Positions 29,634 to 38,980 of a stretch of DNA of 64,000 bases are shown here, in pieces. The notes beneath the pieces are model-generated. The model was not told where the DNA came from, made no database searches, and was given only the letters and a program-made list of their open reading frames with translations. Both the position numbers and the translations under genes were made by a program. The DNA lies in the IMG/VR virus record IMGVR_UViG_3300042350_004528, positions 62,001 through 126,000 of that record. One strand, written 5' to 3'. Each line of letters starts with the position of its first letter. Position 1 is the first letter of the stretch.

Positions 29634-32600
29634 ATGTCTGATTATAAAATATCGTTGAGTGAAGTCGAGTCGTTTTTATTAGGTCATGATGACGAAAAAT
29701 ATATCGTAAATTTAGAGTACGATAAAGAAACGAATTTAATTTACAAGTTCAAACAACTACCTGACGGTACAAAAACGACCGAAACCGAACCGCTTAAGTC
29801 CTTTATGTGGATGAAACACCTCGGCGAGTTAAAAGAAAACCTTAATTTTTACGGTAAAAACGACCTGAATATTCAAAATGCTAGAAAAGAATACGGTATA
29901 ACCATAACTGAACTTGATCACCAAAATCACCCTAAGCTTGAGACTGGTTACCAATATTTGGTAACTTGCGATCAGGGGCATGAAAGGATGTTGCAGTTTT
30001 TTAGAAACGGAGGTCTCTATGGTGGTGTGTATGATAGACGTAATGGTATAAATGAAAACTTCTTGATTTTGAGTCCTATTGAGCAATACCTAATATCAAC
30101 AGGTAAAAGGCTTTTTAAGGGTTATGAGGACTACGATAATCTAGAAAAATTCGTATTCGACTTAGAGACAACTGGCTTGGATCCTAAAACTTCTAGAATA
30201 TTTTTAGTTGGTTGTAAGTCAAATAATGGCTTTGAGGAATTGTTTGATTGTGAAACCGATGGTGACAATGCTGACAGAAGCGAAGTTGCCGCGATAGCTA
30301 AATTTTTTGCGGTTATCGATTATTTAAAACCAACAATAATTGGCGGGTACAATAGTGCAAACTTTGACTGGGATTTTATTTTTAAAAGATGTGAGATACT
30401 TGGTATTGATATAACTAAAATCGCCAAAACACTAAAAAACGGTGAAGTTATTAATAATCGAGATGGTATATTAAAATTGGGTAATGAGATTGAAAACTAT
30501 GTCCAAACAAATATGTTTGGATATTCGATTATTGATATCATACACTCAGTTAGACGTGCACAAGCGATTGACTCTAGTATGAAATCAGCGTCATTAAAAT
30601 ACGTTTGTAAGTATAATAAAGTAGCAAAAAAGAATCGTGTTTATATTAAAGGTGATAAAATTGGCGCTTTATGGTCTAGCGATAAAAAATATTATTTTGA
30701 TGATAAGACTGGTTCTTATTTAGAGATAAAACCAAAATTTGAAAAAATGGATTATATCACAAGAGAAATTGTTCGAGATAATCCTAAAAAAATATTTGTT
30801 TTCGGTGATAATGATGAGCGTGATGGTTTTGGTGGCCAGGCTGGTCAAATGAGGGGTGAAAAAAATTCAATTGGAATACCAACAAAGAAAAAACCAACAA
30901 TGGATCCCGATGCGTTCTATTGCGATTCCGAATTTGAAGAAAATAAGAAAAAGATTAATTATGCGGTAACGCAAATTTTATCAAAAATACGAGATGGTTA
31001 TAGTGTTGTTTTTCCATCAGATGGTCTTGGTACTGGTTTAGCTGAATTACCAAAAAGAGCGCCAAAAACTTATCAGTTTTTAGTTGCAAATATTAATGCG
31101 ATTGAAAAATATATTAACAATGATTGGATTGAAGTCGATGGTAAATATATAGTTAAAAGGTATTTGATGGATGACTTATGGGAAACCATGGAAGTTGACA
31201 ACATCTATAATCAAACATCTTTTATGTTGGCTAAAATGATCCCAACTACATATCAAAGAGTGTCAACTATGGGTACCGCTGGGTTGTGGAAACTACTAAT
31301 GTTAACATGGTCTTATGAGAAAAATTTAGCAATACCAGTTTCGGACAGAAAAAGAGATTTTGTTGGTGGTCTATCAAGATTATTAAAAGTTGGGTTTTCA
31401 AAAGACCTGAGAAAAATGGACTTTAACTCACTATATCCAGCTATACAATTAGCACATGATGTGTTCCCGTCTGTCGATGTTAGTGGTGTGATGAAATCTT
31501 TCTTAAAATATTTCCACTCTGAAAGATTTAAAGCAAAGGACTTGGCTAAAAAATATGGTAAAGAGGGTAATAAACAACTTGAGTCACTCTACAAAAGAAA
31601 ACAATTACCGCTTAAAATCTTTATCAACTCGATGTTCGGTGCGCTTGGCGCCCCAAATGCGTTCCCATGGGCTGAAATGGATGTCGCTGAGGGTATAACA
31701 TGTAGAGCTAGACAGTACCTCCGCTTAATGGTTAAATTCTTTATGAAAAGGGGTTACCAACCAACTGTACTTGACACTGACGGTGTTAACTTCATGGCGC
31801 CAAGTACAGGTGAAGAATATTTTTATTATGTGGGTAAAGGTTATAATAGTGAAGTTGTTGCGGGTAAAGAATACAGAGGTGTACATGCCGTTGTTGCTGA
31901 ATTTAATGATTTATATATGAAAGGCGAGATGGCACTTGGTTTAGATGGTATGTGGCCAGCGACACTAAATTTAGCTCGTAAAAACTACGCTCTACTTGAA
32001 AATGATGGTAGTATTAGTTTAACTGGAAATACGATTAAATCTAAAAAGCTACCAATTTATATTGAAGAGTTTTTGGATAAGTCTATTGTTTTACTTTTAA
32101 ATGGTAAGGGTTATGAATTCGTCCAACTTTACTACGATTACATCGGTAAAATATGTGATAAAAAAATACCTTTGGCTAAAATCGCAACCAAAGCGAGGGT
32201 TAAAAAAACCATCGAGCAATATAGAAACAGAGGTGTTAATAAAAATGGGCAACCGTTACCAAAGCAAGCTCATATGGAATTAGCTATTTTAAATAACATA
32301 TCGGTTAGTTTGGGTGATACACTTTATTATGTAAATAACGGCACAAAAAAATCCCATGGCGATATTCAAACAACTAAAAAATGCAAACTAAAAGCAGCTG
32401 AAGTTAGATTGTATGAAATTAATAATGGTAAATCACCTGGCCCAGAGTATTATGATATAACTGAAAAAATAAATTGCTATCTTCTTGATGAAAAACAAAT
32501 GGAAGTTAACCCAGAAGCCGTTGGGGAATATAATGTTGAAAAATATGTTGCAATGTTTAATTCGAGAATCAAAGGACTTTTGGTTAATTTTGATATTAAG

Positions 32601-32840
32601 GTTAGAAACCAAATACTAATTAACAACCCAGAGGAAAAAAAGAATTGGATGGTTTCTGAACTTGAGATGGTTAATAGCCAACCAAATAAAGAATCTGATC
32701 AAGATACAATTGAAGAGTTGTTCACACCATCTGGTCTTGAAAAAGATTATTGGGGTAGATATAACTATAACCCAGATTTTTGGTTTACCGATAATACCAG
32801 CTTTACTATCCCAGGTTTAGGTCGAGAAGTACCAGTTTAA
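29634..32840 (+). CDS. polB: Family B DNA polymerase with an inserted macrodomain-like module
   Basis: ExoI FDLETTG, ExoII GYNSANFD, ExoIII YLMDD, polymerase motifs DFNSLYP, KIFINSMFG and DTDG; ~127-aa insertion at ~30735-31115. Confidence 0.95.
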   Translation: MSDYKISLSEVESFLLGHDDEKYIVNLEYDKETNLIYKFKQLPDGTKTTETEPLKSFMWMKHLGELKENLNFYGKNDLNIQNARKEYGITITELDHQNHPKLETGYQYLVTCDQGHERMLQFFRNGGLYGGVYDRRNGINENFLILSPIEQYLISTGKRLFKGYEDYDNLEKFVFDLETTGLDPKTSRIFLVGCKSNNGFEELFDCETDGDNADRSEVAAIAKFFAVIDYLKPTIIGGYNSANFDWDFIFKRCEILGIDITKIAKTLKNGEVINNRDGILKLGNEIENYVQTNMFGYSIIDIIHSVRRAQAIDSSMKSASLKYVCKYNKVAKKNRVYIKGDKIGALWSSDKKYYFDDKTGSYLEIKPKFEKMDYITREIVRDNPKKIFVFGDNDERDGFGGQAGQMRGEKNSIGIPTKKKPTMDPDAFYCDSEFEENKKKINYAVTQILSKIRDGYSVVFPSDGLGTGLAELPKRAPKTYQFLVANINAIEKYINNDWIEVDGKYIVKRYLMDDLWETMEVDNIYNQTSFMLAKMIPTTYQRVSTMGTAGLWKLLMLTWSYEKNLAIPVSDRKRDFVGGLSRLLKVGFSKDLRKMDFNSLYPAIQLAHDVFPSVDVSGVMKSFLKYFHSERFKAKDLAKKYGKEGNKQLESLYKRKQLPLKIFINSMFGALGAPNAFPWAEMDVAEGITCRARQYLRLMVKFFMKRGYQPTVLDTDGVNFMAPSTGEEYFYYVGKGYNSEVVAGKEYRGVHAVVAEFNDLYMKGEMALGLDGMWPATLNLARKNYALLENDGSISLTGNTIKSKKLPIYIEEFLDKSIVLLLNGKGYEFVQLYYDYIGKICDKKIPLAKIATKARVKKTIEQYRNRGVNKNGQPLPKQAHMELAILNNISVSLGDTLYYVNNGTKKSHGDIQTTKKCKLKAAEVRLYEINNGKSPGPEYYDITEKINCYLLDEKQMEVNPEAVGEYNVEKYVAMFNSRIKGLLVNFDIKVRNQILINNPEEKKNWMVSELEMVNSQPNKESDQDTIEELFTPSGLEKDYWGRYNYNPDFWFTDNTSFTIPGLGREVPV

Positions 32841-32862
32841 TTAACAAATGCATTTTCCTAGA

Positions 32863-32870
32863 TATTTATA
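32863..32870 (+). promoter_or_regulatory. Putative late promoter TATTTATA
   Basis: 17 nt upstream of the ATG at 32888. Confidence 0.55.
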
Positions 32871-32887
32871 ATAAAATATTAAATAAC

Positions 32888-33418
32888 ATGGAAGATGGTA
32901 TAAAAGAGTTTGTTAATTTGGATGGTAGTATTATTAGTAGTAAAGTTCCTAATATTGACCCAAAAACCTCTGCCAAAACAACGACAGATAAAAGTGTAAG
33001 GATGAGAACTCAACCTTATAACTGGACAATATATAACGTAAAATTACAAGAAAAAGAACTACCTTATTCCAACGAAGCTAATAAAATGGCTAAAGATCCA
33101 GAAAGTTTTTACAAATTTTTGGAATCTGTTGGTGAATCTGAAAAATTTGAAGAGTACTTTGAAGCCAAATCAACGCCAGAATCTAAACTAAAAGAAATTA
33201 GTAAGGAAAAAGCGTATAAAATGATGGAGACTCTTTTAGCGAAAAAAAATCAAGTTGGCGATGTTTTAACAAAACAAGTTCCCACAATCGATGAAATTAA
33301 AAATAAAGAAGTTTTATTATTAGATAAACTAACAAAAATCGCCGAGACAATTAAGGAAGTAATGTCTGAGGACGAAAAAAAAGTTATTTTATCTTATTTC
33401 GGTGAAAAGATAAGATAA
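32888..33418 (+). CDS. Hypothetical late protein
   Basis: 176-aa ORF, first in a tightly packed cluster. Confidence 0.7.
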   Translation: MEDGIKEFVNLDGSIISSKVPNIDPKTSAKTTTDKSVRMRTQPYNWTIYNVKLQEKELPYSNEANKMAKDPESFYKFLESVGESEKFEEYFEAKSTPESKLKEISKEKAYKMMETLLAKKNQVGDVLTKQVPTIDEIKNKEVLLLDKLTKIAETIKEVMSEDEKKVILSYFGEKIR

Positions 33419-33419
33419 A

Positions 33420-33887
33420 ATGTCAAACTCAAAATTAATCGGTAAAATATTCCCAGTACCCGAAAAAGTATTGAAAGAGCTTGGGAAAAACTTAAAAAAA
33501 TTCTCGGACAAAAGAGAATCTAAAGGTTTTAATCGAGCTATTTTTATTCTTGAAAGAAAGGCTTGCACATATGAGCAACTTAAAAGAATAAAAAATTACT
33601 TTGATTATATAACTGACGAAAATTATGATGAGATTGAATATTTATTAAATGGTGGGGATGTTATGAAAAATTGGGTTAATTATACTTTAGATCAAGCAAG
33701 AAAAAGTGTTTATGGTACAAAATCAGCTAGAAAAAACGCTGGAATGGAAAACCAATTTAGGTCTGACGCTGAAGACAACGTGAATCCAGTTACACCAACA
33801 TTAAAATCAACACCAGAATTTATGTCAACATCAGAGTTGATGGAAGAAGTAAATAAAATAAAAGAAATATACAAAAATTTAAATTAA
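33420..33887 (+). CDS. Hypothetical late protein
   Basis: 155-aa ORF, 1-nt gaps to both neighbours. Confidence 0.7.
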   Translation: MSNSKLIGKIFPVPEKVLKELGKNLKKFSDKRESKGFNRAIFILERKACTYEQLKRIKNYFDYITDENYDEIEYLLNGGDVMKNWVNYTLDQARKSVYGTKSARKNAGMENQFRSDAEDNVNPVTPTLKSTPEFMSTSELMEEVNKIKEIYKNLN

Positions 33888-33888
33888 A

Positions 33889-34155
33889 ATGGCAGACACC
33901 GTTAGAATTCCAGCCTCAGAACAGCTTAGAAAAGTCGCTGTTGATGAAAGAGAGGGTAAATTATTCCCTATCAATGAATATAAACCAACTTCATCAGAGT
34001 ATGGCGCAGGTCACCCAAATGCGTTATCAGATGGTGACGAAAAAGGAAAAGGCGAAACACAGACAATTGGTGGTAAAACAGATATTTTAACCAGAAGTGC
34101 GTTAAAAGCTGTGAATCAATATAGTGACTCAGCACCATATACTTCACCAGAATAA
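33889..34155 (+). CDS. Hypothetical small late protein
   Basis: 88-aa ORF containing HPNALSDGDEKGKG. Confidence 0.7.
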   Translation: MADTVRIPASEQLRKVAVDEREGKLFPINEYKPTSSEYGAGHPNALSDGDEKGKGETQTIGGKTDILTRSALKAVNQYSDSAPYTSPE

Positions 34156-34173
34156 CTTTACATTTCGAAATTT

Positions 34174-34701
34174 ATGCTTATACTTGAACAATCTGAAAGA
34201 GATAAATTAACCTTATTAAAAAAAGCAATTGAAGATAAGGTTGAAATTTCTTTTTGGTATAAAGGTATTAAATTTAGAGATCCAAAAGAAAAGAATTATA
34301 CAAGACAAAATTGGAGATTTGCTCAACCAACCGACCTGGGTAAAAGTAAAGCAACCGACAAATGGATGCTTAGAGCCTACCAAATCGGTGGAACTACAAA
34401 CTCAAATCAGAAAGCATGGAAAACTTTTTTAGTTGATGAAATGAGTAGTATAACTTTAATGAATGGTGATAATAGCTCATATAAACCTTTTCAGGCACCA
34501 GCGGGTTCTGGATTCAGTACAGCGGGTGATAAAAAGATGAAAAATGACAGACCAGAATTAAAATTAGATTTGAGTAAAAAACCAATTGATAACCAAAATA
34601 AGATAGAACAACCACCAGTTGAAAATCCAGAGAAAGAACAGTTAGCTGAAAGCAAAGGGTTTTTAAATTGGATTTTAAATTTTAACTATGAATCAGAATG
34701 A
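34174..34701 (+). CDS. Stand-alone WYL-like domain protein
   Basis: LKKAIEDKVEISFWYKG...QPTDLG...WMLRAYQ...WKTFLVDEM parallels the WYL pattern AI......F.Y...P..L...W.L.A...RTFRLDRI. Confidence 0.7.
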   Translation: MLILEQSERDKLTLLKKAIEDKVEISFWYKGIKFRDPKEKNYTRQNWRFAQPTDLGKSKATDKWMLRAYQIGGTTNSNQKAWKTFLVDEMSSITLMNGDNSSYKPFQAPAGSGFSTAGDKKMKNDRPELKLDLSKKPIDNQNKIEQPPVENPEKEQLAESKGFLNWILNFNYESE

Positions 34702-35248
34702 TAAAATGAATTTTTTAGCACAATCAATACAAAGTGCTAGAAAAGTTATGGAAAAAGTTGAGGGTGTTTCAGTAACCGCAAAAAGTGATTATGGTAAAAA
34801 ACCCATGACTGAAGAAGATATTGACAGGATGTTAGACTCAGATGGTAATGATTTGATTTCAGAAGCACAAATGCAAAAAAAATCAAATAATATGAGAAAT
34901 TTATCAACATCAAAAATGCCAGCGGCGATTTTAAAGTCTTTTCAAGAAAACCCAATCATAGATCCAACAGCTCCAGTTGGTATGGAATCAATGATGCAAG
35001 AAATAACAAAAAAAGTTGCTCCAGTAAAAACGGAGACGATTAACGAAGGCCATGGTATTCTTTACGAATCACAAAAAACGGCCCCAGTTATGGACACCAA
35101 ATTAATTGAATATATTATCAAAAAGACGGTAGAAGAAACATTAGAACAAGTTAGTAAAAAAACCGCTATTGATGAAAATATCCAAATTAAAATTGGTGAT
35201 AAAACCTTTGGGGGGAAGTTAACCGCCCTCAAGGAAGTTAAAAAATAA
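34688..35248 (+). CDS. Hypothetical late protein
   Basis: 186-aa ORF overlapping the WYL gene end. Confidence 0.7.
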   Translation: MNQNDKMNFLAQSIQSARKVMEKVEGVSVTAKSDYGKKPMTEEDIDRMLDSDGNDLISEAQMQKKSNNMRNLSTSKMPAAILKSFQENPIIDPTAPVGMESMMQEITKKVAPVKTETINEGHGILYESQKTAPVMDTKLIEYIIKKTVEETLEQVSKKTAIDENIQIKIGDKTFGGKLTALKEVKK

Positions 35249-35273
35249 AATAAACATTTTAAAAAGAAAAAAC

Positions 35274-35435
35274 ATGAACAAAGAACAAGTATTAGGTTTA
35301 GTGCGTCACATTTTAACTTTTGTTGGTGGTATTTTAGTTGCAAAAGGACTTGCAACTGAAACACAATCAGTTGAGTTAGTTGGTGCTTTAGCAACCGCAA
35401 TTGGTGGCATTTGGTCGATTTTGTCAAAGAAATAA
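35274..35435 (+). CDS. Small two-TM holin-like protein (53 aa; not in the ORF track)
   Basis: MNKEQVLGLVRHILTFVGGILVAKG...VGALATAIGGIWSILSKK: two hydrophobic helices and a basic C-terminus, resembling Pam3 gp28-like holins. Confidence 0.7.
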   Translation: MNKEQVLGLVRHILTFVGGILVAKGLATETQSVELVGALATAIGGIWSILSKK

Positions 35436-35461
35436 TAAGCTTAAAACAAAATTAATAGCAC

Positions 35462-35650
35462 ATGGGTAAAACAATTAAATTCTGCAAAAACAAATGCTGC
35501 CCAGTTGTTGAAATACAAGAAAATGCCATTGTCTTAGGTGACAAAAATGGCCCAGAAGGTATTACAACATGGACAAAAAGTCAATTTAAAGACTTTGTTG
35601 AGGCGGCAAAAAATGGTAAATTTGATAAAGTTGTCGAAGAAACCAATTAA
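35462..35650 (+). CDS. DUF397-like small protein
   Basis: CCPVVEI...VLGDKNGPEG...WTKSQFKDFVEAAKNGKFD parallels DUF397 (CVEVA...VRDSK.P...F...W..F...K.G.FD). Confidence 0.55.
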   Translation: MGKTIKFCKNKCCPVVEIQENAIVLGDKNGPEGITTWTKSQFKDFVEAAKNGKFDKVVEETN

Positions 35651-35671
35651 ATTATTAGAAAATAATTAATT

Positions 35672-35703
35672 AAAGGGGTTAAGTGATTAACCCCTTTTTT
35701 TTT
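35672..35703 (+). terminator. Rho-independent terminator
   Basis: AAAGGGGTTAA-GTGA-TTAACCCCTTT followed by a long T-run. Confidence 0.9.
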
Positions 35704-35728
35704 GCGTAATATTTCTTATTATTGTTAT

Positions 35729-36124
35729 ATGAATGAAATAGTTTGGGTAAACGGAACTTTTGACATCTTACATAACGGTCATTTTAGATTAATTAACTAC
35801 GCATCGTCATTAGGTAAACTAATAATCGGAATTGATAGTGATGCCAGAGTGAAAAAAATAAAAGGTGATAATAGGCCATACCATAACCAATTTGAAAGGC
35901 ACTATAATTTAATATCGATAAAGGGGGTTTATAACGTATTAATCTTTGATAGTGATGAAGAGTTAAAAGAATTAATAAAAATGAACTCACCAGACTACTT
36001 TGTTATTGGTTCTGATTATAAAGATAAAAAAATAATTGGCGCTGAATACGCGAAAGAAATGATCTTCTTTAACAGAATAAATTTCTCAACAACAGAAATC
36101 TTAAAATTATGGGACATAAAATAA
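35729..36124 (+). CDS. Nucleotidyltransferase, RfaE/HldE domain II / TagD-like
   Basis: [14 protein letters not shown] (HxGH) and GIDSD..VK..KG..RP; start moved to ATG 35729. Confidence 0.85.
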   Translation: MNEIVWVNGTFDILHNGHFRLINYASSLGKLIIGIDSDARVKKIKGDNRPYHNQFERHYNLISIKGVYNVLIFDSDEELKELIKMNSPDYFVIGSDYKDKKIIGAEYAKEMIFFNRINFSTTEILKLWDIK

Positions 36125-36510
36125 AACCAAAAGTCATCAATGCAAAAGAATGCGAAAGTTGTAATATACCAAAAGGCTGGGGGCACGAAATTATTTTTGA
36201 AAATAATGAACTATATTGTGGTAAATTACTTTGTTTTAAAGCTGGGGCTAAGTTTTCTATGCATTACCACATGATAAAAGATGAAGCGTGGTATGTTAAA
36301 GAAGGTAAATTCATTTACAGGTGGATTGACACGGATAATGCCGATATTCATGAAATTGAATTACGAGAGGGCGACAGTGTTAGGCAATTACCAGGTCAAC
36401 CGCACCAATTAGAAGCGGTTACCGATGGTATCGTTTTTGAGGTTTCAACACAACATTTTGATTATGATTCCTATCGCGTATTAAAAGGTGATTCAAATAA
36501 ACCCCAATAA
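36109..36510 (+). CDS. Cupin, sugar-phosphate isomerase-like
   Basis: PKGWGHE...CGKLL...SMHYH..KDE.WYV...H cupin metal-binding motifs. Confidence 0.8.
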   Translation: MGHKIKPKVINAKECESCNIPKGWGHEIIFENNELYCGKLLCFKAGAKFSMHYHMIKDEAWYVKEGKFIYRWIDTDNADIHEIELREGDSVRQLPGQPHQLEAVTDGIVFEVSTQHFDYDSYRVLKGDSNKPQ

Positions 36511-36524
36511 AATTAATAAAATAC

Positions 36525-36555
36525 TTGTTTTTTAGCGTATTTTTTTTTATTATTG
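36525..36555 (+). promoter_or_regulatory. Variant host-type promoter TTG-N20-TATTATTG
   Basis: 20-nt spacing, 22 nt before the ATG at 36578. Confidence 0.45.
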
Positions 36556-36577
36556 GGTAAAACCCAGTTATAAATAT

Positions 36578-37804
36578 ATGGCAAAAATTAAAATTTTAGT
36601 AGCCCCAGGTGATAAAGCGGGTTCTGGTAAATTTAGATGCGTTGATCCGCATGTAAACCTACAAAATAATTTTTCTGACGAATTTTTTATCGATATTGAT
36701 TATGCGATAGATTTTAATAATGTGGAGTATTTAAAAAAGTATGATGTTATTTTTATACACAGAATACCGCAGCATAAACACAAAGAAGCTGTAAACATAA
36801 TTAAAAATTTAAAGAAAATTGGATTAAAGGTAATCATTGATACAGATGACCACTGGAATTTAGATCCATCACATGGTTTATATCATTCAGCTAAAAGGGA
36901 AAATATCTCAGGTATTTTAGTTGAGTGTATTAAAATGGCCGACATGGTTACAGTACCAACTACAATTTTAGCTGATGAAGTTAAAAAATACAATAAAAAT
37001 GTTTTTGTTTTACCAAACGCAATTGACCCAAATGAAGAACAATTTAAACCTAAAAAAACAGAATCTAATTTAATTAGATTTGGTTGGTTAGGTGGTTCTT
37101 CCCACATAAAAGATATTGAGTTATTAAAAGGTTTAGGTAATACGCAAAAATCTTTTGATAAAAAAACACAATTTGTTTTATGTGGATTTGATACCCGAGG
37201 TACTGTTCAAATGTTGGATCCAAACACAGGTGAGATAAAACAAAGACCAATGCAACCACAAGAAACAACCTGGTTTATGTATGAGTTGTTTTTAACCGAC
37301 AGTTATAAAAACTTAGAGGGTGATGCTGATTATTTAAAATACTTAGTTTCGTTTGAAGATGATCCAAATTACAGTGTGTTAAATAAACCTTATCGTAGAA
37401 TTTGGACAAAACCCATTAGTCAATATGCGACTGGGTATAATCATTTTGACATTGCGTTGGCCCCACTTAACGACTCTCAATTTAATAAGTATAAATCTCA
37501 ACTTAAAGTGATCGAAGCTGGATTTCATAAAAAAGCTTTGATTGCTCAAAACTACGGGCCATATACGATTGATTTGATTGGCGCTATTGATAAAGGTGGT
37601 GCCTGGAACCCAAAAGGTAATTGCTTACTTGTTGAAACTTCTAAAAACCATAAACAATGGACTAAAAATGCTAAAAAATTAATTGACAATCCAGATTTAA
37701 TCACCGAACTTGGTGAAAAATTATATGAAACGGTTAAAGATAAATACGATTTAAATAACGTTACAAAATTAAGATCAGAACTATACAAAAATTTAATAAA
37801 ATGA
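36578..37804 (+). CDS. Glycosyltransferase, GT-B fold (GT4-like)
   Basis: IIDTDDHW, FGWLGGSSH, DIALAPL..SQFNKYKSQLKVIEAG. Confidence 0.85.
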   Translation: MAKIKILVAPGDKAGSGKFRCVDPHVNLQNNFSDEFFIDIDYAIDFNNVEYLKKYDVIFIHRIPQHKHKEAVNIIKNLKKIGLKVIIDTDDHWNLDPSHGLYHSAKRENISGILVECIKMADMVTVPTTILADEVKKYNKNVFVLPNAIDPNEEQFKPKKTESNLIRFGWLGGSSHIKDIELLKGLGNTQKSFDKKTQFVLCGFDTRGTVQMLDPNTGEIKQRPMQPQETTWFMYELFLTDSYKNLEGDADYLKYLVSFEDDPNYSVLNKPYRRIWTKPISQYATGYNHFDIALAPLNDSQFNKYKSQLKVIEAGFHKKALIAQNYGPYTIDLIGAIDKGGAWNPKGNCLLVETSKNHKQWTKNAKKLIDNPDLITELGEKLYETVKDKYDLNNVTKLRSELYKNLIK

Positions 37805-38373
37805 TACCAGCAGAAACAATTGAAAAAAACAAAAAAAGTTATTATAGCGCAGCTAAAGGCTATAAAGTTTGTGAATTAGAATTAGTTGACAAATTAGCTG
37901 ATATGGGTTTATTCGAAACACCCGCATCGACCATGTTAAGCCTACACAACGCATTTCCAGGTGGTTTAGTTGATCACTTGTTAAGAGTTACATCATATGC
38001 TGTTAAACTAAACGATATGTTACCAGAATCACTTAAACAACCTAAGGAAAGTGTTGTTAGGGTGAGCCTATTACACTCCATTGGTAAAATTGGGTTATAT
38101 TCATTATGTAAGAGTGAATGGCATATTAAAAACCAAGGTAAAATGTATGAATTTAACGAAGATCTAACATCAATGACAATTGGTGAAAGAAGCATTTATT
38201 ACATTATGTCCAATGGATTTGGTGGTATTTTAAGTGATATTGAATACCAAGCGATATTAAATCACGATAAGGGGTCATCGGATAAAATGTCTGAATGGCA
38301 CACATCATCTTTAGGTGAAACTTTAAAGATGGCAATAAAATTAGCTATAATGGAAGAAAAGACAAAGAAATAA
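37801..38373 (+). CDS. HD-superfamily-like protein (YhaM-like, HS instead of HD)
   Basis: HNAFPGGLVDH...LLHSIGK...AILNHD. Confidence 0.65.
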   Translation: MIPAETIEKNKKSYYSAAKGYKVCELELVDKLADMGLFETPASTMLSLHNAFPGGLVDHLLRVTSYAVKLNDMLPESLKQPKESVVRVSLLHSIGKIGLYSLCKSEWHIKNQGKMYEFNEDLTSMTIGERSIYYIMSNGFGGILSDIEYQAILNHDKGSSDKMSEWHTSSLGETLKMAIKLAIMEEKTKK

Positions 38374-38374
38374 T

Positions 38375-38980
38375 ATGAGCGGAAATAATAAAGAAAAGAC
38401 CGAATTAGAAAGATTGATGAATTTAAACGTAAATGATTTTCTAACCGATGAGGAAAAAAGTCAAATGAGCGACATTTTCAATCAAGTTGGTATGGAAGAT
38501 TGGATTTACGAGCCTGGCGATAGTTCGATGAAGTTAAAGATTAAAATCATTAATAATTCAACAAATCCAGACCCAACTTATCAAAAAATTGGCGATAGTG
38601 GGTTTGATTTTATGGCTAATTTACCTGAAGGTGAAATGATAGTGGTGGGGCCACTTAAACGAGCCCTTATACCAACTGGGTTACACTTTCAAATACCTAT
38701 TGGGTTTGAATTACAGGTCAGACCAAGGAGCGGCTTGGCGCTTAAAAATGGCATTACTGTTTTAAACACACCTGGAACTGTTGATTCTGGTTATAGAGGT
38801 GAAATAAAAATTATTTTATACAACACCGATGAAGCCCCATTTGTGGTTAGAAATGGTGACAGAATTGCGCAAGGTGTAATAGCACCAGTGCAATTCACAA
38901 AAACAACGAAATTTATACGAGTGAATAATTTAGACGAGTCTGACAGGGGAACTGGAGGATTTGGTTCAACTGGAGTTTAA
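38375..38980 (+). CDS. dut: Trimeric dUTPase
   Basis: SGFD, RPRSGLA, GTVDSGYRGEI, RIAQ, RGTGGFGSTG: all five motifs. Confidence 0.97.
   Translation: MSGNNKEKTELERLMNLNVNDFLTDEEKSQMSDIFNQVGMEDWIYEPGDSSMKLKIKIINNSTNPDPTYQKIGDSGFDFMANLPEGEMIVVGPLKRALIPTGLHFQIPIGFELQVRPRSGLALKNGITVLNTPGTVDSGYRGEIKIILYNTDEAPFVVRNGDRIAQGVIAPVQFTKTTKFIRVNNLDESDRGTGGFGSTGV

Noticed and set aside
30735-31115. Polymerase insertion as an intein or intron
   Set aside because: No N-terminal Cys/Ser block, no C-terminal His-Asn before Cys/Ser/Thr, no LAGLIDADG or HNH motif, and the frame is continuous.
35729-36510. Complete ADP-heptose pathway
   Set aside because: Only the nucleotidyltransferase-like domain and a cupin are present; no GmhA, HldE kinase or GmhB in the window.
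36569-36576. Canonical T4 late promoter TATAAATA on the coding strand
   Set aside because: Only 1 nt from the ATG and downstream of a host-type promoter; likely chance in AT-rich DNA.
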